Assembly: GCA_036172245.1 (NCBI GenBank) | Contig: JAYWIR010000017.1 | Location: 2,666,001 to 2,730,000 of the forward strand | Reading direction: 5' to 3' | Length of the DNA: 64,000 nt | Source of the DNA: Raillietiella orientalis | Taxonomy: Eukaryota | In this document: in pieces, positions 28,801 to 40,547 of the stretch | How positions within the stretch are numbered: the first letter of the stretch is position 1 | Layout: each line of letters begins with the position of its first letter | The notes under the pieces: generated by a model | Seen by the model: only the letters and a program-made list of their open reading frames with translations | What the model was told of the DNA's origin: nothing | The model's database searches: none | Translations under genes and position numbers: made by a program

Positions 28801-30790
28801 TATTCTCCTACGTAAGAATGTCGTCTTTACAACAATTTTGTTAGGTGTTGTAGGTATCAAGATTGTGACCAAAGTGTTAAACGACCAGTTTCTGTCCATC
28901 TTATTCCTGAATTGTGCACTATCCACCCTATTGGCGCGCTGTTGTGGGATCTTTTGTGTCTTGTGCCTTGCTTTCTGTCCCGCTTGAATGGGTTACTGAT
29001 AGCTGAAGAGTTGCGCCTAATAGTTCTGAATGAAACGGGAATTGGACAAAGAACTACAACCCAAGCGTTATCTTCTGGCGCCCACACAGATCTTTCATGC
29101 TCATCTGGCATTTCATCCGGTCCCCGATGTGATATAATTTTAAAAGCTTTCACAACTGCCAAAGCTAAGGAAGAAGACGATCTTGAACGTGAAGAATTTT
29201 TGGGTGATTCTTTTCTAAAGCTTGCAATTTCCCTTTATATTTTTTGCGAGTACCCTCAAGAGAACGAAGGTCAGCTAACAAGACGGAAAACTTTCCTGTG
29301 CAGCAACCAGAAGTTATCCCAGTGCATTAAAGAAAAAAAACTTCCTGGATTTATTGTATCACAACGACTGAATCCAGGTTTCACCTGGCTCCCACCAGGT
29401 TTTTTGTCAGATGTCCCTGAGGTCATGATGAAAAATATTTTGCAATTCAACATCAAAGAAGAGCTTTGGAATTATTGCGATCTGGAAAGAATATTAAATG
29501 CAGACAATGTTCCTATAGATATCCAGAGCATGATGACAACAAAAGGCAGCAAGCTGTGCCGAATTGCAGACTGGAAAGTTATGGCAGACAAGACTTTGGC
29601 TGACAGCATGGAGGCACTGTTAGGAGTATATTTGCTGCATTCTGGACTAAGAGCTGCACAGCTATTATCGTGCTGGTTAGGTCTTCAAGTATTACCTACT
29701 TCTGAAAATCATTCCATGCTTCAATATGGTGAACTTCAGTTACCACTTACTGCTGTGCTTTTGCCCATTTCATCCAGCCAATATCAGAAATTAATCAGTG
29801 ATTTAGTATATTTTGAAGAATCACTAGGTTATACGTTCCAGGAAAAGAGCTTCCTTTTGCAAGCTTGTACTCATGCTTCTTATGTCTATAATGATGCCAC
29901 AGATTGTTTGGAACGTTTGGAATTTCTAGGAGATGCTATTTTAGGTCGGTGTGTGTATGTATGTAATGTCTTGGCAATGTGGAATTTGTAGACTATTTGG
30001 TGACTCTCCATCTTTATAAACTATCACCCAACTTATCTCCTGGACAATTGTCGGATCTCAGATCAGCTTTGGTTAACAATTGCATCTTTGCTGCTCTGGC
30101 AGTTAAACATCGGATGCATTGTTACCTGAAGTATCTACCTAGTGAGTTGCATTCTGCAATCAGCCGTTTTCTTGAACTCCACAATGAATTAAGTGATGAA
30201 ATTAGCAACTATGGGGTTTGTGTAACCATACGCAGTTTGCCTTTATGATGGTGTTTGTTGCAGTATTTCCATTATTTTTTTGCATCAGAGGAGGAAGTGG
30301 AGAGTGTTGAAGCTGTGGATGTGCCTAAAGTACTGGGAGACTTATTTGAATCGGTTGCAGCAGCTATTTACTTGGATAGCCGATCATTAGATTGTGTATG
30401 GTCTGTGTATTTTCCTATGATGAAAGGAATACTTGGCAAGTTGGTACTGTTCTCATTCATCTTATTAAACCTTCCTTTGCACAGATTGTTGTTTGGCGAA
30501 TGTGCCTTTGAATCCGGTGCGTAGTCTGCATGAGAAGGTTGGCAACCCTCAGGCTCTCAATTTTCAGTAAGCCAAAGTCAAGTTGGAAACAAATCTTATT
30601 TCTTGATAGCTTGATAGAGAAAAATAACAAGAAGTGCATGCAACTGAATATTAAGCAGTTCACCTTCTTTGGTTATGGAAACAGTAAAAAGTCAGCCAAA
30701 TTGGCTGTATGCAAAGCTGCATTGAGGTATTTTCACAGACAGATCTGGGAAGGCCAACCATTGGCTCAGTGCAAACCACAGTCCATATGA
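22818..30790 (+). CDS. Dcr-2: Dicer-2-type endoribonuclease (DExD/H helicase, DUF283, PAZ, two RNase III domains, dsRBD), about 1550 aa, 22 exons
   Basis: Exons 22818-22913, 24134-24249, 24290-24473, 24525-24650, 25889-26082, 26135-26367, 26417-26552, 26595-26799, 26842-26972, 27017-27248, 27287-27432, 27477-27690, 27734-27919, 27972-28139, 28177-28381, 28429-28592, 28633-28811, 28854-29944, 29992-30215, 30264-30435, 30485-30566, 30610-30790. Motifs: [77 protein letters not shown], RNase IIIa EFLGDS/ADSMEA, RNase IIIb [18 protein letters not shown], dsRBD G.G.SKK.AK. The Dicer-2 assignment is inferred from the intact helicase and short PAZ-RNase III linker. Confidence 0.92.
23280..23740 (+). 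mobile_element. Highly decayed 3' fragment of a non-LTR retrotransposon (RTE-like) in Dicer intron 1
   Basis: G/T-skewed segment whose stop-ridden translation (LWRLICG...; LG*PNRTF.GQIED; V*WRVL) resembles RTE-type ORF C-termini (LRxIxG, GRPxxxWxDxI, RxxWR). Confidence 0.3.
25646..25668. repeat. (GT)n microsatellite; similar simple repeats at about 7035-7050 (GT), 33328-33344 (TA), 44331-44347 (CT) and 46446-46472 (TA)
   Basis: Directly visible dinucleotide runs. Confidence 0.85.
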
Positions 30791-30811
30791 TAACGTTATA
30801 TTCTAGAAGGA

Positions 30812-30824
30812 AATAAATTTTATT
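30812..30824. terminator. Back-to-back poly(A) signals for Dicer (+) and atlastin (-)
   Basis: AATAAA at 30812-30817 (+) is followed after 1 nt by TTTATT at 30819-30824 (AATAAA on -), within the 166-nt gap between the two stop codons. Confidence 0.55.
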
Positions 30825-30956
30825 GTATAAGAACTGAATGTGTACAATGAGTAAGCCCTGTGGGCATCCAAATACAAACAAGTACATTAGGCACAAGGTG
30901 CTATCACAGGGAAATAACAACCTAAATTTAACTGCATCCCTGAATTTTATTGCTAA

Positions 30957-33241
30957 TCAGGTTGCTTTTGGCTTTGGAAATCCAGGTTCCAGAGTCTGTT
31001 GCAAATTTGCTTGAGCAGCTCGTTTTAATCCACTTTCTATGAATCGAGCATAAAATGGTTTCATGCCCATTTGCCAGATGGAATCTGCAGTTGCATCAAT
31101 ATGCTGTCCAATTTCTCGCAATTCACCACTGTAGCGCACATATGCCCAAAGAACAAGGGACAAGAAAGCACATCCCATCACTAATGTGCACAGTGCGTTT
31201 AGTAAAGTTAATCCCAACAAAGCACAAAAGCCTGACAGCATGTAACTTAATAATCCAATGGTAAACAAGACGGAAGGTGTGCGGGCCATTTTGAAGATGT
31301 TCTTGGTTTCATTGTAAGCCAAATATTTTGCTAACGCTTCTTCTAAAGCCTGCAAGGATTTGTATTTTTTTTTTTTTACTCAACATCACTGCTCCTCACC
31401 TCATCTAAGCGTGCCATGTATAGAGAAGAAAACTCATCTCCTCCCATCTTCTTAGTACGACGGAACACATCAATGGCCTTTTCTTTGGCATGAAGATGTT
31501 GCTCCTTTAAAAATGCTGTACTGACATAAGGGCGCTCTCCACCACACACTTCTTCCATTACTCCTGCATATGTGTCACGTGCCAAATCTAAAGCTGCCCA
31601 GTTGTTAGCTTCTGCTGTAGCCTATGCAGATGAAAAGCCTAAAATAGTTCCATCCATGGGGTCTACACCTACCAGAAGCATAGATTTTGGCTCTGGAAGT
31701 TCTTCCCCTTGATAGATTTGGATATATGCTTTAAAGAAATGCACCAACTCCTTAGCTGTGATGTGACGTCCACCCACTTTCTTGAGAACCAAGTTTTCTG
31801 GTGCCAAAAGTAAGGGCGTAAGCACTTGCAGTTGCCTTTTGAACTCATCTTCAATATCTAATGACAGCTTCCTGAGAAAAACATTTACTCAAGAGTAAAC
31901 AATACCACAGAGACGCCCATCAAAGTACGGATCTGTAGCTACTTTTAGGCCAGGGTGAGGCATCAAGAAGCAGCAAATATCTGTAAAACACGATCGAATA
32001 TGCTTTCTAAGTGACTGCAATTCAGCTGGTTGATGTTCAGAAATCTAGAAAACATTTTCCATTGCTGCATTCCAGGAGGAAGCTTGCCTGCAAACGGCGT
32101 TCCAAAATAGTTTGACCACCCATGCTTCCATAGGGAGCATCATACGGAAAGCACCAGTCCCGAACTAAAAACTGCAGCTTTTGGAAAGGCACGTCGCCAG
32201 AATCTTCCAGAGCCAGTCGGCCATATTCAGTAAATAACTGGAAAAAGTTCAAGCATACAAATGTGTAGCATACATTTTTTTAAATACCTGCAGGTGTTGC
32301 AAATCATCTTCTTGGATATTCTGTGAAAGATTATATACCTGCACTGAACTTATCATAGTACTCAGGGCAAATACAGTAGCACATTCTCGTACAGTGGACT
32401 GGCTATCAAAAGCCCCTTGGGTATCTAACAAAAGAACAGCCACCTAAACAAAATAACAAAAGAACTTATAACAGCAGCACATGCCTCTTCTCCTGATGGT
32501 AAGGACACAAGAAAAACTTCACTCCAGGCTAAAATTCCAGTTGTATCTCGTTCACATCCACCTTTCCAAGAGAAACCATCCAATGGTCTAACATCAGTTC
32601 CCATCCAATCAAGTGACCCCTGTAACACACAACACATTCTACACATTCCTGCTTATATTTTACACACTTTCGTTTTCCCCCAAAACTGCAACAACCTGTA
32701 TCAAACATTTCGATATGAGTTTCATTACTTACTTTGGAAGATAAATAACGCAGGAAAAAATCCAACAAAAAAGATTTTCCCTTTCGAAAAGCTCCTGCAA
32801 CAGATATCACAGCAATGTGTTTATCCTTTACATTATTCTGTACAAGAAGGTCTTCCAACTGTTTTTCATCTAACGCAAATTGACGAGAATCTTCCTGTGG
32901 ATAAATCAATTGCACAGGATGACCCAAAATTTCCTTTCCTATGGAATAAGCAGAGCGTTAAAATGCGCAGGGATAATTTGTTCAACCGTTACATCTTAAA
33001 ATGATATTGAAACGATTCTTTTCGACTTTATTCGACATCAACACAAGCCATAAATGCTTCGAGGCATTTAAAAAAAATTTTATACAATTCACTCTTCACA
33101 GAGTGCATCGCTTGAGGCAAACTTTACATCAACAACGAAAATTAAAAGTCACAGTTTGATAAGTACTCTCAAAATAAGGAATTTTATTTGGTTAAAAAGG
33201 GGAATGCACTCACCGGTTTGCATTATTTCCAAACTTGACAT
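30957..33241 (-). CDS. atl: Atlastin (dynamin-like ER fusion GTPase); 9 coding exons
   Basis: Exons 33241-33214, 32938-32733, 32619-32485, 32443-32288, 32237-32088, 32044-31906, 31857-31673, 31621-31400, 31349-30957. G1 [14 protein letters not shown]2 ERDTTG, G3 [40 protein letters not shown], two TM helices, then [12 protein letters not shown]. Confidence 0.96.
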
Positions 33242-36200
33242 TTCGAATGCCGTTACATTTTCGAGACTGCTAAACTGTTGATGGCAAAATTCATGCTAAG
33301 CATCGAATGACCTCCAATACTTTTATGTATATATATATATATATAATCAATGACAAATCAAGCTAATTAATTTACTAGACGTTCACTCGTCAAAATTGCT
33401 TTCGACCTTGCCGAACTCTCAACGATCAGGAATAATGCACTACAAAGTAGAAGCAATTTTGTACTACACTCGCAAAAAAAATCACAAGCACACGATTCGC
33501 CTCCCAAGGAATTTGTGTACAAGAAGCATTCTACAGAAACTGCACTTTCTGATGGGCTGTGCCCTTAATTTGCACCTTGTGCGCGAAGATTATGGAGATG
33601 TTCCCCGGGGAGCGACGTCGGCAGTGTGTTTTTTGGATCCTTGAAACAAAACCGTGCTCGGAGCCAGCCGTCCGCAGACGCATCCGCGGCCGCCATATTG
33701 CGCCGCTCTTTGCGAATGTGTGGACTTGGCATTCAGCGCGCGGAGACGCTGGATGGAATTCAAAACGGCCTTCGGAATGGGGAAGAAGACGGGGGTGGGG
33801 GGGGGGGAGAAATGGGGAGGGAGAGTGTGTGTGCACTTTCATTGCAATCTGTGCGTGTGCCACCACAGAGAAGAACGAAAAAAAAAAAAAAGGAAATGGA
33901 CTCCCAGAAGTGCAGAGATGGGCGCTTTTCTGCACTGCCGTTCGAAATGCTTCGTAAATGTTCCACATAGCAAGCACACATGAAACGAGTTGTGACATTA
34001 TAATGTTACGACACAGTGCTGCATTTGCAAGAGGCTTCCTCAATAGATATCAGGAAGGTCCCTTCTTTAGCATGGCCCTGCTGCAAGGAGAAACGTGTTC
34101 CAAGATAATTCATGGAAAGTGATTCCATCTTCACTGGAAATAGACTTTGAAGGAACCAGCTGAAAACCTGTGTTTGAATCGAATCCAATCCTGCCTTGTT
34201 ACAGCTTAGCCTCGATTCCATAAACTAAAACGAATTACATCAGCGCAAAGGATATCCTAAACAAAACATCCAGTAATGTACATCTAATACCCCAAAGATA
34301 CTCATATAGGATGACTGAGCGCTTCAGCTATTTTCCACTAACGTTTGTTCACTACACAATTTTTGTAAAATCTAAATCAAATCATCTAACAGTAAATAAT
34401 AAAGAGATATCTTGATATGCATTCTATAATTCATGCCTGTATCGATGCTTGCTTCTCTTTCAAATAGGTTTCACCAGCATCAGCATTCAGAGTCATAGAG
34501 AAAGGAAACAAATGCTCAGAGATCACTTTCTTTCGATTTGAAAGAGAACCTACTTGGGGAAAAAAATAAAATAAGTAGCACGTCAATTCGATTTGGTATC
34601 AATGAATCTCAGTCTTTTGCCTAGAACAGCTACGAATATGTATGCGGTGGGACCTTCAAATAACGGTCTTTTCAAATTCAGCTTTACTCAGAGCGGGCCC
34701 AGTAGAAGATTTCTATAACGAATGATCCCAGCAAGGTGAGCCAAAGACGTGTCAAAGACGCAGGTAGAAAAAAAATGCTGCTGCAGCTGTGCTGTGCGCG
34801 ATGTATTTTTTCTTCAGAAAGCAAAACCTTAGGCAAATGAATGAACAAAGAGAATTTGAAACAGTGGTAGATATTCCCGTGTATCTATTTTCTAATTTAT
34901 AATTTTCCATAGAGACGGGCAACAGAGAGCAGAGCAGAGTCACTGCTTATGGGTTTGCGTGTCCGACTCTGCAAGCCTACTCAGTGCATTCCGTAATTCT
35001 GTGGGAAGTTAATTAGACTAATACTTAAAAACGCATATTCAAGACCTTTACTAGCAAGCAAGCAAATCTCCTTGATTCTTAAGCTCCTGCCCTTTTGCCT
35101 TTTTTCCAGGATTCTCGAAGAACGTTTCACAAGGACTTCTTTTTAGAGAAGCTTTTTCGATGTCAGATTAAGGAACGGCTGAAAAAAAGAATCCTTCTGT
35201 ATATTTATTTCAGAATACCCTTCAGTCAAATACATTTCTTTGCATTTCAGACGTGACTGATAATGAAGCAGTTTAAGAAAAACAAATAAGCTTGGTTAAA
35301 AACCAACTTTTGCATTCTGGATTAATCAAATTATAGAAAAAAGAAATATGCTCTGCAATATTGTCCATTCGTATTTAATTCATTTTGCTACGTATGTACT
35401 GGAAATACCTGGCAAATCTCATCTTTTTAATGGCCTCATAATAGAGAATATAATATCTATCACATGACGATCGACGTTACTACAGTTCCAGACATGCTTA
35501 TGAAAAGAGCTCCATGTTCTCAAGAATAATTTTGCTGCGAGTCTAATGGCACATTACCACATAAGTGCCGCTGGAGGCATTGAATTTTCTCTTCCTCACC
35601 AGCTCTCCTCAAATCACTCTTAGATATGGAATGCGTTGCATTTTCCACATTTCAAACTTGGGAGTGGCTGTTGCAAATGTTCTTTTTTTGTGTGTGTGGT
35701 CATCACTTAGTGAGCTTTAGAATCGCTTACTGTTTCTAAAATTTCGGCCATTTTACTTTAGATCTGAAATTCATATGCAAACCGCATTTCGAAATCGGTA
35801 AGTGCTGCACCATGAAATTCGCTTTTTGCTGTTGTGGAAGTCTTGAATGCCCCTTTGCCCATTGCTTCTCCTTATTATAACAAGCACTGCTAGAATGCAA
35901 AACCATTTCGAAAATCCAAATTCCCTGAAGCAATTCCCAGCTCTATCTGAAGATATCACGAATCGCATGTCTCATGTTAATCTTACATCGGCTGACCATA
36001 GAAAATCAGTTGTTGGGACTCATCATTATGCACCTGGAGACCTCTAATGGATTCCTTACGTATCATATGGGATTTGCTAATATACATTCATATTTGCCTC
36101 AGCAGCTGTAAAGATGCATAACGGATAGCATAAGGTCCCGTATAATTCTTTGGAATTATACTTGGAAGACTGTTTAGGAAAGAAAGTGAATTATCGGGGG

Positions 36201-37719
36201 AAAAAAATTCCTCAATTACACGACTTTCGAAGTAACCGGGAAGTGTTCCTGGCCAAACTCACCGATTGCTGGAGAGTTTCTGGAATAGTTTGAAACCCGT
36301 GGAAAACATAGGCGACAAGGACAAAGACTGTCACATTTCTCATTACTTGCGGTTTCCATTCTGTTGCTACTGAAGTTCGCCAGGAAGAACTGTATCATCA
36401 TCATTTTTTCTTTGAGGGACCTCTCGTGTATCGACTTCTAAGCGAGAGGACCTGCTGGTCGTTTCCTGCTTGCATTGCAATTGGTCTTATCAGAGATTAA
36501 AGAAATGCACATGTTATTCGACAGTTCCGGCAAGACTGCCTATGCAACGAGGCCCAAGCAATTCTTATTCTTAAACATTTCACCTCTAAGTCATTACCAT
36601 ATTAATTGCGCTCATTATATTTTGATGCGTGTCGTATTAACCTCGACCAAAACTGAAACCTGTAATCAACAAGCTGAAGTGAATGCAAGAAATGGACTGG
36701 TCTTCAGTTTCTTTGAAGTTATGATATAGACTGCAATCACGATTACGCACTGAAACTCACAAGGTTCACATCCGTGGAAATGATACCTGTAAATACGATC
36801 AGTGAAGACGTGGAATAATTTCACTTTAGTAAAAGCAACGTCTTCAAATCTGAACAAAGTGAAGTAATTATTATTGAACATTTTAGATTCTGTGCTTATC
36901 AGTGCATTTATTTGCGATCAAGAAAGTGAGAGACAGTGTAATGGAAAATCTTTAAAATGACGTGAATGGATTCTCATTTGAACGTCCAAGATAATATTTG
37001 ATGAAATACTTTTGTATATGTGCATTTGGAAACGTGTTGGGAACTGAATAGATGAGTTCCGTTCTTACCACAATAAAAGGAACGAAAAGATTCCAGAAAT
37101 GACACATCTTCAGCATATGGTTACGAAAGCTGCTGATATTATTTAAAAAATCCATGCATTAACAACAGATATTATTACAACTGTTGTTTAAAAGAAAAAT
37201 AGAGCTCTTGTTTGCTAAGTATTCCCAGAAACTTCCTATGTGAATGTGAATTCTCTTGAAAGATTGCAAGGAATGAATCGGGAACAGGTAATAGCGATAA
37301 CCATGAACAACTGAATGCCAAATATCGCGGTTTCCCAAGGTAAACTAACTAAAAGAACAATATCGAATCTTAGAAATTAGAAAAATAGTTGAAGTATACT
37401 CATGGAATTCATAGCAGAATCATGAACACGGAAAAGTGGTGAGAAATTAGATTGGAGCCTTCGTTGAAAAAACAAATGTTTCCAATATCATCAGTTCCGA
37501 CGACTTTTCTGCTACTAACCTAAAATTTACTATTAAAAATCCAATTATGATGGGAAGCTTGGTACTTTTGTGAGTATGCATAGCTCGCTGTGTCAATACG
37601 TTATTTGAAATTAAAGTATATTTTCCTAGAATTGCGATCAAATCTATAAATTGTGAAGGAGTTCATGACTGAAGGCTCCATATCTACGATTTTCCCAAAG
37701 TCCCGCAAGAAGTGGGGTA

Positions 37720-40290
37720 AATTTATTTTTCTTTTATCATTCACACTACATACTCATTCATTCAATTTTCATTTCACTGTCACTTAGAATTCTTGAAAGT
37801 TCACTAACTAGGATTCACAACACTGGGGTTCTGCATTAGGGTGGGCTAGGCGTTGATTGAGCCTGGACATTATCTTCGATCCTTTTCAAGATGTATCGAT
37901 AAGTCCAGGTCGGCACTCTGCCACAGTTCCTTATGCCGATCTCTTTCTGGATAACCCCTTTCAGGATTTCCATGGGAGATGCGGCCGTTCTGGTGTTCCT
38001 CATTTTCCACCATCTTATGGAGATGGCGGTGATGAATAGGGCAATGGTCATCCTAACCATGGGTTGTAACAGGGGACGTTTCCACTTCCCTGGAACTTCT
38101 TGGCTAGAACTTCCGTTGGCGAGTAGTTTTGCGGCCTTATGAAACTTTTCAGGGTCTGCCAGTCTTGATGGATTGTGGGGCAGGTCAAGACGTGAAATCT
38201 GGTCTCCACATCCCCTCATGCTCTGCAGTCCTCATCTTGTCTTGCTCCTGTAAAATGTTTCATTCTAGACTCGTTCAGGATTCCTCCATGGCAGAACATC
38301 AGGAGATTATCCTGGGAGTCTGGCGGTGGGTCACTCCTCCAGATCATGGTTCCGACCGCCAGGGGATTAACAGTGTCAGCCCCGTGGCGATGGGCAGTTT
38401 CCTGGAGGGCACTGGTGTCTTTATCGTCTTCTCTTATGATGCGGCGTAGATTGTTCTTGGACCACGTGCAGTTGTTGTGGTTTTTCTACGCTTCGCGGGT
38501 CTTGTGGGTGAACCTTCTCGTCATCATGTCAATGTATCAGAGTATCCGGGAGTGGTGGTGGAATCCACTCCGCTTCCACTACTGTATTCGGTGTAGGGTG
38601 ACTCTGGGCCTGACTCTTGGTAGATCCAGCTCCTCGTGTCGCTAGGGACCGGGAGCATCCAGGGGATCACCAAAATGGTTTCTTCCTCCCAGAATTCCTT
38701 GTTTCGAGGCACGATCTTAATTTGGTGCTTTCGCACCAGTGACAACTTCCTTTTCCAGATCGGGTCGATAGATGACCACTCCTCTGCTCGACTTAGCAAC
38801 GCAGTTATCAGGCCTCTCGAGTTATTCAGAAATAACGAGTAGGCCCTATGAGCAGCGTAAGGCCAGTCGTCCCAATGAGTCGCGGTGTCCAGGAACTGTC
38901 GCGTGTCCATGATGTCGACGGCGTCCTAGCGACTGCACCCCTGTGCCTTCTTCTTCCTTGGGACGACACAGGGGTTTCAGTCGGATCCTTGGTCGATACG
39001 TGTTCCATAGAGTCTTTCGTTGAAGCTTTTCCACTTCGCGCCGAGTGTTCTTGTCCATTCTGCAGAAGGCCTCTCTTTGGAAATAGGGCAGCATTCTAAA
39101 GATTGACCCTCCGCTTCATGTTGAAGCCCACTTAAGTGTACTTCGCTACTTTTTCAGCTGTTTTGCCCAGGATTTCCGTCCACAGAAGCTTCGACGCTGA
39201 GTCTTCACCGATGTGAACTCTTAGGTACTTCACCATGTCCACCATTTGGAATCCCTTTTCCGTGAGTGCGGAGAGATCCGGGATTCCAACGGGCAAGAGT
39301 TGGATCTTCTGGGCGTTGATCTTTAGCCCCAGTCCTTCTTTCATATGCTCCACCACATCTAGGAACGCTTGCTGATCCTTTTCCCCCTTGAGGAAGAAGA
39401 GTAGATCGTTGGCGTACTCCAGATGGGTGAGAAGCTGGTCGTCGATGTTAATCCCTCGCAGTTTCCCGTTTCGTTCGATGAACGAGGAAAGCGCTCATAT
39501 ATAAATGACAAACAGCATCAGACTGAGAGCGTTGCCCTGGAGGACTCCTCGCTCCATCCGTATGACTGCTGTCTCTTGTCCATTGATCTTGATCTTGAAG
39601 TGTTGTTCTTGAAGTATCATTCTCACGAAGCTGCAGAAGTATTCCGGGAGGTCCAATTTTCATAGTATCTTCAGCAGCATCCCGTGATCGACTGTGTCGA
39701 AAGCCTTCTCCATGTCGGTGAAGTCCAGTACCAAGTCGTCGCCAACGATGCGGCTAAGTCCTATGATAGCCTGGGCACAATTGACATTGTCCGAAATGTG
39801 GCACTGCATACGTCTGGACAGGAGAGATGAGCTTCGGCATGGCCGCGCCTAAGCGCTTAGCCCAGATCTTCGCCAACCACTTGGCCTCATAGTTGAGGAT
39901 TGAGATTGGCCTCCGTTGGGTGACCTTGGTTAGGTCGCCTCCTTCCGGCAGCAATCTCATCCTACTCTCATAGAAGGATGTAGGTATTCTTCCTTCTTCA
40001 CAGATGCGGAGCGTCAGTTGGTGGAACATGCTCAGGTAGGTATGCCTCTAATAGTGCGTGACGGGCACGTTATCAGGGACTGCTGCCACAGCCTTGAGGG
40101 TTTCCAGGAACGCAGCTTCTTCGGAGATGCCTTCTTCGAGTTTTCGTTTCGGTGATCCGTTATTCTTCTTTCCATAAACCGCAGGAACATTTTTTGGTTT
40201 TGCCGGGCACAGTTGACGTCGTAGGAAGTGTTTCGTGTAGTGCCATTGGAATGCTTCCACATGTCTACCAAAGATGCAAAACCCACTGTT
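37720..40290 (-). mobile_element. 5'-truncated, inactivated non-LTR retrotransposon (L1/Tx1-like ORF2: RT plus C-terminal CCHC knuckle)
   Basis: RRPISILNYEAKWLAKIWAKRL..ISPVQ, DMEKAFDTVDH, RGVLQG, YAND (YADD with D>N), GLKINAQK, VKYL, RIRLKPLCRPKEE.G and CRA*GDVETRFHVLTCP. Several frameshifts and stops; short 3' UTR ending in an A-rich tract with AATAAA at 37727-37722. Confidence 0.88.
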
Positions 40291-40342
40291 TCAAAAGTCT
40301 GCAGATTTTAAATTCCTGTATTATATAGTAATGGCAAAATCC

Positions 40343-40355
40343 GTCGCCAAGCAAC
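40343..40355 (+). promoter_or_regulatory. RFX X-box (ciliary gene promoter element)
   Basis: GTCGCC-A-AGCAAC fits the GYNRCC-N(0-3)-RGYAAC consensus and lies about 200 nt upstream of the first candidate dynein coding exon. Confidence 0.55.
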
Positions 40356-40547
40356 GTTCCCAAAAATTCACACTTTGGTAATGAAAATCAGCACTTGAAA
40401 TTTATACGTAATTTGAACTTTGACGAAAAATGCGTTGATCGACTGTAATTGCAAAGCACACTTCATGATTAGATACATTTAAAAATTATTTTGCATTTTA
40501 TGCATACATTTGTTTTTACTATTCAGTGTTTCACGTTTCATAGTACA

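Noticed and set aside
22818..30790. Dicer, TTC7 or atlastin as frameshifted pseudogenes
   Set aside because: Every apparent frame break is explained by a GT/GC-AG intron, and the spliced frames are open with catalytic motifs intact.
38216..38218. TGA at a conserved Cys as selenocysteine or recoding
   Set aside because: It lies in a retroelement with many other stops and frameshifts, so it is ordinary decay.
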